Below are positions 19,871 through 29,952 of a DNA stretch of 64,000 nt, one piece after another (the first letter of the stretch is position 1; the number at the start of each line of letters is the position of its first letter). The notes under the pieces were generated by a model that was not told the origin of the DNA, did not search any database, and worked only from the letters and a program-made list of their open reading frames with translations. The DNA is from an uncultured delta proteobacterium. Lineage in GTDB: Bacteria > Myxococcota > Myxococcia > Myxococcales > Myxococcaceae. The translations under genes and the position numbers were made by a program. The DNA is taken from contig CAVYSY010000052.1 of NCBI GenBank assembly GCA_963771175.1, positions 192,001 through 256,000 of the forward strand, given 5' to 3'.

Positions 19871-22594
19871 ATGAATCGACGGATGCGGTGGTCGCTGGGA
19901 GTGGGGGGACTCCTCGCGGGCGCGGTGGCGCTGGCCCTGGTGCTCGGCGTGCCCTCGCCACGCGGCAGGTCCGGAGCGCTGTGGCTCACCGGCTCGCCCA
20001 CGCGCCGCATCGAGGCCCGGGTGAGCTACGCGGCGGCGGACGACTACCGGCCCTACGAGACGCTCCGCTCCGAGCGCCCGGCACCACCTCCCCCCGCCCC
20101 CCTCCAGGAGCTGGCACGGCTCGAGGAGTCCGGAGACGCGCATGGCATCGCCGCGGCGTACCTCCTGCGCGGCGCCTCGGAGCAGGCGGCGACGTGGCTG
20201 GAGCGGGCCGGAGCCTCCCCGGACGTCGACAGCGACCGGGCCGTGCTCGCCCTGGACCGGGGTCAGCCCACCGAGGCCCTCACCCTGCTGGAGCGCGTGC
20301 TGCGCCAGCACCCCCGCCATGCGCAGGCGCTGTGGAACCGCGGACTGGTGATGCGGGCATTGGACCTCCCGGCCCTGGAGGCGGAGTCCTTCGACGCGGT
20401 GGCCGCACTCGGCGAGCCGGGCTGGGCGGACGAGGCCCGCGCCCGCGCGGAGTCCCTGCGCACGAAGCTCCGCACCGCCCAGGAGGGCTGGAGCCGGCTG
20501 AGGGCCGAGTGCGATCCGTTCATCGCGGGAGCCGGCTCGCTGCCCCCGGAGTACGCGCGCCAGTGGCCGGGGTATGTCCGCCTGTGCCTCTACGACGCCA
20601 TCCGCGCGGCGCCCACGCCCGAGAGGCTGAAGGCGCTGTGGCCGCTGGCCGAGACGCTCGACACGTACTTCGGCGGCACGGCGCTGCGCGAGGCCGTCCG
20701 ATGGGCCGAGGCCCGCGACTTCCGCCAGCGCGCCCCTCTCGCGAAGCTGTACGTCAACGTCGTCCGCAAGCAACCCCTTCCGGGCGGGCTGCCCGCGTAC
20801 CTGGAGCGGCTGCGGCGCGCCGGAGAGCAGGACCTCCTCATGGGCACACTGGTGCTCACCCGGGCCGTCCTCGAGCACCTGGAGGAGTACCGCGAGCTCG
20901 CCGCGCGGACGAAGGACCCCTGGTTCCTCCTGCTCGCGGACGACGAGCGCGCCCGGAGCGCCATCGAGAAGGGCGCGCTGCAGGAGGCGGAGCGCATCCT
21001 CCTCCCGGCGCTGGAGCGGTGCGCGGCGCGGCCGCTGTACTACCGGTGCGCGCTCCTGGAGAAGCAGCTCACCCACCTGTACCGGGAGATGCATCGGCCC
21101 GCCGAGGGCTTCCAACAGGCCCTGGAGGCACGCCGGCTGCTCCAGGCGGAGAACGCCACCGGGCCCGAGCCCTGGTTCCTCCTGGAGCTGGGCCAGCTCG
21201 CCCGGTTCCGCGACCAGCCGCCCCTGGCTCGGGCCTATCTCAACGAGGCGCTCGCGCGCGTGCCCGAGGACTGCGAGGTCCGGCGCTTCGTCCACGAGAA
21301 CAACGCGGCCATCTTCCAAGGGGAGCTGGCGTTCTCCGAGGCCCGCCGCGAGCTGGACCGGGTGCGCCAGTGCCCCGGACCGCTGACGCCCGTGGGCATC
21401 CAGGTGCTCGCCGACCTCGCCCGCCAGCGCCCCGCGCCCGGAGATGCCCCCTGGCTCGCCGAGAGCATGGAGGCCCTGCGCCGTCCGGGAGCCCTGGAGC
21501 CGGGAGCGCTCCTGGTCGTCTCGCAACACGAAGCGCGCTTCACCCTGGAGCGGGACCGCGCCGCGGGCGAGGCCCTGCTGCGGCGGGTCATCTCCGAGGC
21601 GTCCCGGCTGCCGAAGTGGAACGCGGACGCGCGCAAGGCGAGGGCCTACGCCTACACCTCGCTGCTGCTCGCGGCGGGCCGCGCGGGCGAGCACGAGGCG
21701 GCACTGGCGCTCTTCGGGGAGGAGCTGGGCGGAGCGCTGCCCTCGCGGTGCGTGCTCGGCGTCACGATGGATGACGAGCGCACCCTGGTGCTCGCCCGTG
21801 GGCCGGAGGGACGGCTGCTGGGGCGCCACGACGCGAGCCGGACACGCCCGCTCGACGGCGAGGCCCGGGGACTGGTGCCCGAGGACGTCATCGCGGCGCT
21901 CCGGGGGTGCGAGCGCGTGGCCGTGGTGGCCCGCCCTCCGCTCCATGGCCGCGCGGGGCTGCTGCCTCCGGACGTCGCCTGGAGCTTCTTCACGCCGAAG
22001 CCCGAGCGGAGCCTCGCGCCCGCGCTCCCCGCGCGCCACCTCGTCATCACCGACGTGCAGGCGCCACCCCAGTTCCAGCTCGCGCGGCTCGGGACGTGGG
22101 GGAAGGCGCCCGCTGGGAGCTTCCTGCTGTCCGGAGCCCAGGCCACGCCGGGCCGGGTGCTGGAGGAGATGGCGCGGGCGACGGAGATAGAGGCCCACGT
22201 GCACGGCGTCATCAACCTGGCCGTGTCGGACGCCTCGTTCCTGGTGCTCTCACCGGAGCCGGGGGGCCGCTACGCGCTGACGGCGGACGAGGTCGGCGAG
22301 CGACGCCTGGAGGGAGCACCCCTGGTCATCCTCGCGGCCTGCCGCGCGGCCCACACCGCGCCCACGCTCCACGAGCCCTTCAGCCTGCCCGGGGCCTTCA
22401 TCCAGGCGGGAGCCCGCACGGTACTGGCGGCCACCGTGGACATCCCCGACACGGAGGCCGGAGCCTTCTTCGACGCAGTCCGCGAGCGCATCCGCTCCGG
22501 GCAGCCCGCCGCCAACGCCCTGCGCGACGTCCGGGTGCGCTGGCTGCAAGACAACCCCTCGAGCTGGGTGCGCTCGGTGCTCGTCTTCGACTGA
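19871..22594 (+). CDS. TPR + CHAT (caspase-like) domain protein with N-terminal TM/signal segment
   Basis: TPR motifs (ALWNRGLV); C-terminal ATPGRVL, HVHG, LVILAAC, SLPGAFIQAGARTVLA. Confidence 0.9.
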   Translation: MNRRMRWSLGVGGLLAGAVALALVLGVPSPRGRSGALWLTGSPTRRIEARVSYAAADDYRPYETLRSERPAPPPPAPLQELARLEESGDAHGIAAAYLLRGASEQAATWLERAGASPDVDSDRAVLALDRGQPTEALTLLERVLRQHPRHAQALWNRGLVMRALDLPALEAESFDAVAALGEPGWADEARARAESLRTKLRTAQEGWSRLRAECDPFIAGAGSLPPEYARQWPGYVRLCLYDAIRAAPTPERLKALWPLAETLDTYFGGTALREAVRWAEARDFRQRAPLAKLYVNVVRKQPLPGGLPAYLERLRRAGEQDLLMGTLVLTRAVLEHLEEYRELAARTKDPWFLLLADDERARSAIEKGALQEAERILLPALERCAARPLYYRCALLEKQLTHLYREMHRPAEGFQQALEARRLLQAENATGPEPWFLLELGQLARFRDQPPLARAYLNEALARVPEDCEVRRFVHENNAAIFQGELAFSEARRELDRVRQCPGPLTPVGIQVLADLARQRPAPGDAPWLAESMEALRRPGALEPGALLVVSQHEARFTLERDRAAGEALLRRVISEASRLPKWNADARKARAYAYTSLLLAAGRAGEHEAALALFGEELGGALPSRCVLGVTMDDERTLVLARGPEGRLLGRHDASRTRPLDGEARGLVPEDVIAALRGCERVAVVARPPLHGRAGLLPPDVAWSFFTPKPERSLAPALPARHLVITDVQAPPQFQLARLGTWGKAPAGSFLLSGAQATPGRVLEEMARATEIEAHVHGVINLAVSDASFLVLSPEPGGRYALTADEVGERRLEGAPLVILAACRAAHTAPTLHEPFSLPGAFIQAGARTVLAATVDIPDTEAGAFFDAVRERIRSGQPAANALRDVRVRWLQDNPSSWVRSVLVFD

Positions 22595-22651
22595 GCGCGC
22601 CCTGTCTCCCTCGTAGCTGTCCCTCGCAGTCCAGGAATGGAAGGAATCACG

Positions 22652-23317
22652 ATGTCGAGGAACCTGATGTTGTGCGTGCTGGTGGCGTGCGTGTCGGCCG
22701 GATGCGTGACGACCCGTGGCGGCGGGACGCCCGGAACGGGACCGGGAACGCAGATGTGCGCGACCCGCCCGGTGCCTCCGCCGCCCCCGCTGCCCGCCCC
22801 GACGCTCATGTCCACCCTGAGGCAGATACCGATGGAGGGAGTGACCCACCTCATCGTCGCCTACTGCCCGGAGACGCAGCACGTCGAGGCCCTCGGCGTC
22901 GATGTCCGAAGCAACGCCCTGCCCTTCCGCATCCAGGCGCTCGGAGGCGAGGTCCCGCGGTTCTTCGAGGCGGCGTACCGGAGCGGGCTGCCCATGGCCG
23001 TCTTCACGAGGAGCGTGCCGATGGAGAAGCCCATGCTCCCCGGGGTGAGCACCCCGACGAGCGTGAAGGGGACGGCGACGGCCAGCCTCCTCTCGAATGG
23101 TGACACCAATGAGGCGCCCGAGACGACCACGTGCGACGTCTGCCCCGGCGGGCAGACGGGCACCGGGACGGGCCTGGGAGGTACGGGTGGAGGCGCCGAG
23201 CCCGGCTGGCTCTACCGGTACTTCCCGGACGTCGCGCTCCGCACGGCGAAGGCCATGGAAACCGCGCTGAAGACCCGCGACGTCGAGTTCAACGAGGTCG
23301 CGCCGGCCGTGCAGTAG
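22652..23317 (+). CDS. Hypothetical lipoprotein
   Basis: Lipobox VSAGC; Pro-rich and Gly/Thr-rich linkers; co-oriented with the CHAT gene. Confidence 0.75.
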   Translation: MSRNLMLCVLVACVSAGCVTTRGGGTPGTGPGTQMCATRPVPPPPPLPAPTLMSTLRQIPMEGVTHLIVAYCPETQHVEALGVDVRSNALPFRIQALGGEVPRFFEAAYRSGLPMAVFTRSVPMEKPMLPGVSTPTSVKGTATASLLSNGDTNEAPETTTCDVCPGGQTGTGTGLGGTGGGAEPGWLYRYFPDVALRTAKAMETALKTRDVEFNEVAPAVQ

Positions 23318-23325
23318 GCTGAACC

Positions 23326-23362
23326 GGGCCCCTGGTGATGCACTCGCCAGGGGCCCTTCTGT
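23326..23362. terminator. Hairpin terminator between convergent genes
   Basis: GGGCCCCTGGTGA...TCGCCAGGGGCCC followed by TTCTGTT. Confidence 0.7.
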
Positions 23363-23396
23363 TGCTACGGGTAGCGCCGCCGGTACTCCTCGCGGT

Positions 23397-26300
23397 TTAC
23401 GGGTGCAACGGGGCCCCACCCGGCGGCCCCTGCGCCTGGAGCTGGCGGCGCAGGCTCGCCTGGGCGCGCCACTCGTAGGCGAACATCTCGTGCGCGTGGG
23501 CGTAGTGGATGGCCTCGAGGAACTCCTCGCGGGCCTCCTCCTCCCGGCCCGCCAGCCGCAGCAGCTCGCCGTGGATGCGGTGCAGCTCGGGCACCGAGGA
23601 GTACTCCTCCGTCTTCTCCGGCCAGGTCTTCGCCTCCTCGATGGTGGCGAGCCCCTCCTGTACCTGCCCCAGCCGCATGTGGATGTCGGCCAGCATGGAC
23701 AGGTGGTAGGGCATGCCCGTGATGATGCCGGAGCGCTGCTTCCACGCCTCCAGCGTCTGGCGCATCAGCACCAGCCCCTCCTGCGGGCGCCCCAGCTCGG
23801 ACATGGCCCAGGCCCGAAGGAGGGAGGACCACAGGAGCCACAGCAGGAAGCGGTGCTCGCGCGCGAGCGGGATGCACTGCTCGGTCAACTCCAGGGTCGT
23901 CCGCGCGTCCCGGCGGAGCTGGCTGCCGATGGCGCAGTACGTCAGCGCGAGGCACGTCGTGTGCGGGTGGCCGATGCGGCCGGCCAGCTCCAGCGCCTCG
24001 CGGGTGAAGCGCTCGGCCCGCTCCTCCTGTCCGGACACCGAGAGCGGCAGCGTCCCATAGGCCAGCAGGGCCACGCGCGGGTTGACCCACTGCCGGAGGG
24101 CGAGCCGCCGGTGTTGCTCCAGGTCCCAGTCCGCGCACTCCAGCCCCAGCTCGACGTGCCGCAGGGCGGTGCTCATCTGCCCCCAGGTGAAGAAGTCCGT
24201 GGCCATCATCCGGTGCCCCATGGAGAGCAGCTCCCGGTTGTGCTGGCGCTGGCCGAGGTCCACCAGCAGCTCCCCCACCTCGTGCGCGTCCCGCAGCTTC
24301 CCGCCCGCGAAGTAGAAGGCAAAGGAGCCCCAGAAGCTCAGCTCGAGCCGGGGCAGCTCCTCGCCCACCTGGCGGAAGAGCGTCTGCACCCGGGTGTACG
24401 TGGCCTCCACCTCGGGCGAGCGGAAGCCCTGCACCTGCATGAGGGGAACGCCCATGGCGATGAGGAGCTGCAGCTCATCCTTCGTGAGCGTCGAGGCGTC
24501 CGGGAGGCTGCGCAGCAGCTTCAGCGCCTGGTTGAGGTGGCTCACGGCCTCCTCGTTGGCCGAGCGCAGACCGGCGAGCAGGCCCGCCTGCCGCCAATAG
24601 TGGATGGCCTGCTTCACGTCCCCGGCCTCCGTGTAGTGGTGGGCCAGCAGCTCGGGCCGCGTCTCCACCACGTCGGGGAAGTGCTCCAGCAGGGCCTGGG
24701 CGATCCGCCGGTGGTACTGCCGCCGCGTGCTGCGGGGCAGCGACTGGTAGGCCGCCTCCTGGATGAGGGCGTGGCGGAACTGGTAGCGGCGCTCGGCGTC
24801 ATCCTCCTGGAACTGCAGCAACCCCGCGGCCGCCAGCCCCGTCACATCCCGGCGCAGCGCGGCGTCGCCGAGCCGGGTGAGAATGGAGAGCAGCGCATGG
24901 GTGAAGCTGCGCCCCACCACCGCGCACAGCTGCGCGAGCTGCTTCTGCCGGCGCGGCAGCGAGTCCAGCCGGGCCAGCAGCAACTCCTGCAGGGTGACGG
25001 GAATGGACGCCGCGGCCCCCCCCTCCAGCAGCACGCGCGTCATCTCCTCCACGAAGAGGGGAATGCCGTCCGTCCGGGCCACGAGCTGCCGCACCACATC
25101 CTCCGGCAGCTCCTGGCCCCGCGTCATGTCCCTCACCAGCCGCTCGGTGGACTCCGCCGGCAGGCGCTCCAGCGCGATGGGGTGGAAGCCGGAGTGCTGC
25201 GTCCAGGGGGGACGGAACTCGGGACGGGCGCTCAGCACGAAGAGGATGCGCGACTGCTCCGCGCGCGCGAGCAGGAAGCTCAGCAGCTCCAGCGTGGAGG
25301 GGTCCGCCCAGTGCAGGTCCTCCACCACCAGCAGCATCGCGCGGTCCCCGGCCGAGCGCGTCAGCAGCGTGGCCAGCCCCTCCAGCGTCTCCTCCTTCTG
25401 CCGCTGGGCGGAGAGCCGCAGGTGAGGGGAGTCCGGGGGCACCGGCAGCGACACCAGCGAGGCCAGCAGCCGCACCTGCACCGGCGTCAACTCCCGCTTC
25501 TCGAGCTGCGCCTCCAGCGCGCGCAGGTTGTCCTCGGGCGAGCGCTCCGGGCTCACCCACAGCCGCCGCAGCACCTCGATGACCGGGTGCAGGGCACTGG
25601 CGCTGAACTGGCTCCAGCACTGCATGCTCAGGTGCAGGGGCTTCTCCGGCAGCACGCGCTCGCGCAGCTCCTGGATGAGACGGGACTTGCCGATGCCGGC
25701 CTCGCCCTGGAGGAGGACGAAACCGCCATGCCCCTCGCGGGCCGCGCGCCAGTTGCCGAGCAGCGCCTCCACCTCGCGCTCGCGGCCCACCAGCGGACTG
25801 AGCGCCTCGCCCTTGCGGAGGGCCCCATCGATGCGGGACATCGCCTCGCGCGAGCGCAGCACGCGGAACACCTCCAGGGTGCGCCGCCCCTCCTCGAAGC
25901 CTCGCGCGCCCAGGGGCTCGATGTCGAAGTTGCGCCGCACCAGGTGGTGCGTGTTGGGGCCGAGCACCACCTCGTCCGGCCCGGCCTGCCGCGCCAGCCA
26001 GGTGGCGATGCGCGGCGCCTCGCCCTGGATGGTGGTGGTGCGCCCCCCCAGCTCCGGGAGGATGTCGTCCAGCACCACCATGTCCGTGTAGATGCCCACC
26101 CGCATCGCCAGCGTCGGGTGGACGCCCGGGGGCATCCGCTCCTGGAGGGCCTCACGGACGGCCTTGGGCAGGTCCAGACCCGCGCGCACCGCGCCATCGG
26201 CATCCCCCTCCTTCGCCACCGGGTAGCCGAAGCACGCCAGCCCCTCGTCCCCCATGCACATGGCGATGAAGCCGCCATGTTTCTGGATGACCTCCGACAT

Positions 26301-27443
26301 GGCGCGGTGGAAGGCCGACTCCAGCTCGCCGAAGTCCTCCGAGTCCACCTCCTCCGCCAGGGCGCTGAGCCCCGCCAGCCGGCAGGACACGAGCGTCACC
26401 TGCCGGCGCTGGGGCGACACCGAGCGCGGGGCCTCGCGACCGGGCCGCAGGTGCTCCTCCAGCTCGCGCAATTCCTCGCGCAGCTCCGCGGCCGACAGCA
26501 GGCGCTTGTCGGGGTCCTTGGCCAGCAGCACCGTCAGCAGGGATTCCAGCTCCCAGGGAATCTCCGGGTGGCGCTCGCGCGGCGAGGGCATGGGCGCCGG
26601 GGACAGCACCTTCTCGCGCATCTCCTCCACCAGGGCGCTCGGGTAGGGCAGCTCCCCGGTGAGCAGCTCATACAGCATGATGCCGGCGGCCCAGAGGTCG
26701 GTGCGCTCGTCCACCTTGCCTCCGCGCCACTGCTCCGGGGCCATATAGGGCGGCGTGCCGGCGGTGGGCAGGTGCGGCACGGCCGCGCCGTCCGCGGGAG
26801 ACAGCCACGCCAGCCCGAAGTCGAGCAGCTTCACCGTCCCCTGCTTGCCAATGAAGACGTTGCTGGGCTTGAGGTCGCGGTGGACGATGTGGTGCTCGTG
26901 CGCGTGCGCCAGCCCCCCAGCCACCCCGCGCATGATCTCCAGCGAGTGCCGCAGCCCGAGCGACTTCTCCCGCCGCAGCACGTCCGCGAGGGACTCCCCC
27001 TCCAGGCATTCCATGACGAGCACGGGGACGGAAGGCTCGCCCGGCCCACCGCGCCACTCGGACACGTCGAAGATGCGGACGATGTTCTCGTGGTCGAGCT
27101 GCGCGATGGCCCGGGCCTCCCGCAGGCCCATGCCGGCGAGCTCCTCGCGCGGGAAGAGGAGCTTGAGGGCCACCACGCGCTGCAGCTCGTCGTCATGGGC
27201 GCGGAACACCTGGCCCATGGCGCCCTCCCCCAGGGACTTGATGATTTCGAAGCGGCGGCCGTCCGAGCCCCCGAGCCTCTCCCCCGGGAGCAACCGGCGG
27301 AACGGCATATGGACATGGGAGTGGAGCACCTCCCCCAGGAAGGAGTCCCCGAAATCGGACTCCGCGAGGTCGAACTCCGCGTCCTCCTCTTCCTGGTGGG
27401 GGTCTTCCGGCCCCTGGCCGTCATGATCGCCGGTCCGTCCCAT
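23397..27443 (-). CDS. Ser/Thr kinase - cyclase-like - ATPase - TPR fusion, copy 2
   Basis: Same architecture and motifs as copy 1 (HRDLKPSN, DFG, GEAGIGKS, VVEDLHW). Confidence 0.93.
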   Translation of the reverse strand: MGRTGDHDGQGPEDPHQEEEDAEFDLAESDFGDSFLGEVLHSHVHMPFRRLLPGERLGGSDGRRFEIIKSLGEGAMGQVFRAHDDELQRVVALKLLFPREELAGMGLREARAIAQLDHENIVRIFDVSEWRGGPGEPSVPVLVMECLEGESLADVLRREKSLGLRHSLEIMRGVAGGLAHAHEHHIVHRDLKPSNVFIGKQGTVKLLDFGLAWLSPADGAAVPHLPTAGTPPYMAPEQWRGGKVDERTDLWAAGIMLYELLTGELPYPSALVEEMREKVLSPAPMPSPRERHPEIPWELESLLTVLLAKDPDKRLLSAAELREELRELEEHLRPGREAPRSVSPQRRQVTLVSCRLAGLSALAEEVDSEDFGELESAFHRAMSEVIQKHGGFIAMCMGDEGLACFGYPVAKEGDADGAVRAGLDLPKAVREALQERMPPGVHPTLAMRVGIYTDMVVLDDILPELGGRTTTIQGEAPRIATWLARQAGPDEVVLGPNTHHLVRRNFDIEPLGARGFEEGRRTLEVFRVLRSREAMSRIDGALRKGEALSPLVGREREVEALLGNWRAAREGHGGFVLLQGEAGIGKSRLIQELRERVLPEKPLHLSMQCWSQFSASALHPVIEVLRRLWVSPERSPEDNLRALEAQLEKRELTPVQVRLLASLVSLPVPPDSPHLRLSAQRQKEETLEGLATLLTRSAGDRAMLLVVEDLHWADPSTLELLSFLLARAEQSRILFVLSARPEFRPPWTQHSGFHPIALERLPAESTERLVRDMTRGQELPEDVVRQLVARTDGIPLFVEEMTRVLLEGGAAASIPVTLQELLLARLDSLPRRQKQLAQLCAVVGRSFTHALLSILTRLGDAALRRDVTGLAAAGLLQFQEDDAERRYQFRHALIQEAAYQSLPRSTRRQYHRRIAQALLEHFPDVVETRPELLAHHYTEAGDVKQAIHYWRQAGLLAGLRSANEEAVSHLNQALKLLRSLPDASTLTKDELQLLIAMGVPLMQVQGFRSPEVEATYTRVQTLFRQVGEELPRLELSFWGSFAFYFAGGKLRDAHEVGELLVDLGQRQHNRELLSMGHRMMATDFFTWGQMSTALRHVELGLECADWDLEQHRRLALRQWVNPRVALLAYGTLPLSVSGQEERAERFTREALELAGRIGHPHTTCLALTYCAIGSQLRRDARTTLELTEQCIPLAREHRFLLWLLWSSLLRAWAMSELGRPQEGLVLMRQTLEAWKQRSGIITGMPYHLSMLADIHMRLGQVQEGLATIEEAKTWPEKTEEYSSVPELHRIHGELLRLAGREEEAREEFLEAIHYAHAHEMFAYEWRAQASLRRQLQAQGPPGGAPLHP

Positions 27444-27810
27444 GGCGTAGCCCCCAGTCCCCTGATGCGGGCCCACGACGGGCGGCCCACCTCTCCCCAA
27501 GGGAAAGCTAGGAGTCACCCCGAGGGCTAGCAACGAGACCTCCCGGAAGGGAGGGGCTCCCGTCTTATTTCGCGTGCGACTCCAGGGAGGGAGCGCCCCG
27601 AGCCCGGACCCTCCCGCGTGCACCGACAAGGCGAGCGAGCCCCTCTCCTGGAGATGTGGCCATCCAGCGCAACGCGCACCAAATCTCACACATCACACCA
27701 GTGAGCAGTGGACTCCACCGGTTCGAGGGGGGCGGGAAGCACGAGCTCCCTCCTGGAGTAACCCCTCCCGGTCCTCGCTCTTTCCTTCGTGACACACGAG
27801 AGGTGAGGCC

Positions 27811-28269
27811 ATGAGCACGATTCTTCTTGTCGATGACGAAACCGAGCTTCTCGAGCTCTACGCGGAAGTGCTCGAGTTGATGGACCATCGCGTGCTGCGT
27901 GCGCACGATGGAAGAGAGGCGTTGGAGATCGCCCACGAGCGTCGGCCGGACCTCGTGGTGACGGACTGGCAGATGCCGAGGATGAGCGGCTTCGAGCTGT
28001 GTCAGCGGCTGTTGCAGGACGAGGAGCTGCACGACGTCCCCATCATCATGCACAGCTCCTCCGCCGACCCGCACGCCCCGGGTGTCCGGGCGTTTCTCTC
28101 GAAGTGCTCGGAGCTGTACGAGTTTGAAGCGGTGGTGAATCGGACGCTCGTCGACTCCGGGGCACTCCCCCAGGGGCCGCCAGACGGAGGCGACTCCCCG
28201 CGGGAGCTCTCGCGCACGGCGCGGGAGACCGCCTGGAAGCAGGAGCACGCGTGCGGCATGGTCCACTGA
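27811..28269 (+). CDS. Single-domain response regulator
   Basis: ILLVDDE, VVTDWQMPRMSG, conserved Lys in FLSK. Confidence 0.9.
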   Translation: MSTILLVDDETELLELYAEVLELMDHRVLRAHDGREALEIAHERRPDLVVTDWQMPRMSGFELCQRLLQDEELHDVPIIMHSSSADPHAPGVRAFLSKCSELYEFEAVVNRTLVDSGALPQGPPDGGDSPRELSRTARETAWKQEHACGMVH

Positions 28270-28292
28270 AGCCACGACGCACTGGATGGTAA

Positions 28293-28334
28293 GCGGGCCG
28301 GGAGACGAGCTGTTTCCCGGCCCGCGTTCGTTTC
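28293..28334 (+). terminator. Probable intrinsic terminator
   Basis: GCGGGCCGGGAGAC-gagct-GTTTCCCGGCCCGC followed by GTTCGTTTC. Confidence 0.65.
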
Positions 28335-28464
28335 GCGTCCTGGGTCCCTCCATCACGACAGGAGGCACCCATGGCACGACCAGGCACGGACACTGGAGTG
28401 AGCCCAAGGCGTCTTCAAAACGGCAGTCCCAGACAATGAATGGCATATAGAAAGACAGACGCCC

Positions 28465-29214
28465 ATGAACTCCAGCACGCATCACCTGCGCCAGGCCGCT
28501 CCCGCCATGAACGCCTCCCGCTCCGTCGAGACCCCGCCCCGCCGCCACCGCGTCGTGCGCGCGGTGGCACCGCTCGCGAGGAACGTCCTGTCCACCGAGC
28601 ACATCCCCGAGACGACTCCCGGCCGGCTGCAGCTCCGCGGGGTGACGGGCATCATCTTCATCGTCTTCGGGTTGATGAAGGCCTTCGACACCACGCTGCC
28701 CGTCCTCGTGGGAGCGCCGGGCCTGCACGTGAGCTCGGGGCCGGAGGGCTTCGCCCAGTTGCTCGCGGGCATCGGGGTGCCCTTCCCGCTGCTCAACGCG
28801 TGGGTGGTCATCGCGGTGGAGTTGCTCTGCGGGCTGGGCCTCATCCTCGGGGCCTGGCTGCCGGCGACGAAGCTCGTCACGCGCCTGAGCGCGCTGCCGC
28901 TGACCATTGACATGCTGGTGGCCCTCGCCGTGGGCATCCGCCAGGTGCAGGGCAACCCGGTGATGCTGGACGGGCTCCCCATCATGAACCAGTTCTGGCG
29001 GCTGCCGATGGAGCTCGGCCTGCTGCTGGGGGTGGCGTACCTGCTGTGGAAGCCGGTGGGGACCCCGAGGGTGACGCCGCGCCCCGTCCCCGTGCTGGTG
29101 CGAGAGCCCGAGAGCGTCCTCGCGAGGGAGAGTGAGAAGGCGCCCGGTGCCCTGATCTCACGGAGGGTGAGCGGGCAAGCGGGGCATGCCAGCACCTACA
29201 CGCAGCGTGCGTAG
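28465..29214 (+). CDS. DoxX family membrane protein
   Basis: LRGVTGIIFIVFGLMK, GVPFP, VELLCGLGLILG, TRLSALPL. Confidence 0.8.
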   Translation: MNSSTHHLRQAAPAMNASRSVETPPRRHRVVRAVAPLARNVLSTEHIPETTPGRLQLRGVTGIIFIVFGLMKAFDTTLPVLVGAPGLHVSSGPEGFAQLLAGIGVPFPLLNAWVVIAVELLCGLGLILGAWLPATKLVTRLSALPLTIDMLVALAVGIRQVQGNPVMLDGLPIMNQFWRLPMELGLLLGVAYLLWKPVGTPRVTPRPVPVLVREPESVLARESEKAPGALISRRVSGQAGHASTYTQRA

Positions 29215-29253
29215 CTTCACCCCCGCACCACAAACGCAGCAAGGAGGGGCTCC

Positions 29254-29814
29254 ATGCCTACACCAGCTCTGACGACCAGCGCCTACGTGCTTCACAACCT
29301 CGGTCTCGCCGCGGGCTTCGGCGGTTCGCTCTTCGGGCGCGTCGCGCTCAATCCGTCGGCGAAGCTCATCCATGACAAGCAGGACCGGGCGAGGATCGTC
29401 AACGCGGCGTGGAACGGCTACAACATCATCAACGCCCTGGGCGTGGGAGCCACCGCGCTCACCTGGTTCTTCGGTCGCTCCAAGATCAGCGGCCGGAGCA
29501 TCTCGCCGCTGGCGCGCAAGCTCGTCATCGCCAAGGACGTCCTGATGGGCGCCACGCTGGTCAGCGGGCTCGTCAACCTCATCGGCGGAGGCTTCCTGGC
29601 CAAGCGCGCCCTGAAAGAGGGCATCCCCATGGATTCCGGGAGCAAGGCCTCGGAGGAGGCGCCCCAGGACGTGAAGAACACCACCCGGCTCGTCAACGGA
29701 CTGGGAGTCTTCAACCTCGTCACCATGGCCGGCCTCATCGGTGTGTCCACGTGGCTGGATAACGTCGCGCAGACCCGCCTGAAGTGGCGGCTGGTGGCCA
29801 ACGTCCTGCCGTAG
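29254..29814 (+). CDS. Hypothetical membrane protein
   Basis: Strong RBS; hydrophobic segments; LHNLGLAAGFGGSLFG. Confidence 0.75.
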   Translation: MPTPALTTSAYVLHNLGLAAGFGGSLFGRVALNPSAKLIHDKQDRARIVNAAWNGYNIINALGVGATALTWFFGRSKISGRSISPLARKLVIAKDVLMGATLVSGLVNLIGGGFLAKRALKEGIPMDSGSKASEEAPQDVKNTTRLVNGLGVFNLVTMAGLIGVSTWLDNVAQTRLKWRLVANVLP

Positions 29815-29952
29815 TCGTCCGAGACAGCCTTCACGGCAGCTCCACACGGCCTCCGCGCGCACTCCGCGAGCGGGGGCCGTGCTGTGTCCGGGCCTCGCGA
29901 GTCCCCGTTGGCCCGCGGGGTGCAAACCCATTCCGGAAATGGAGGGAGATGG

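Noticed and set aside
19871..22594. Craspase / type III-E CRISPR association of the CHAT gene
   Set aside because: No cas genes or repeat-spacer array are visible in the window.
14747..27443. TOMM/RiPP cluster implied by kinase-cyclase fusions
   Set aside because: No YcaO, dehydrogenase or precursor peptide was recognised nearby.
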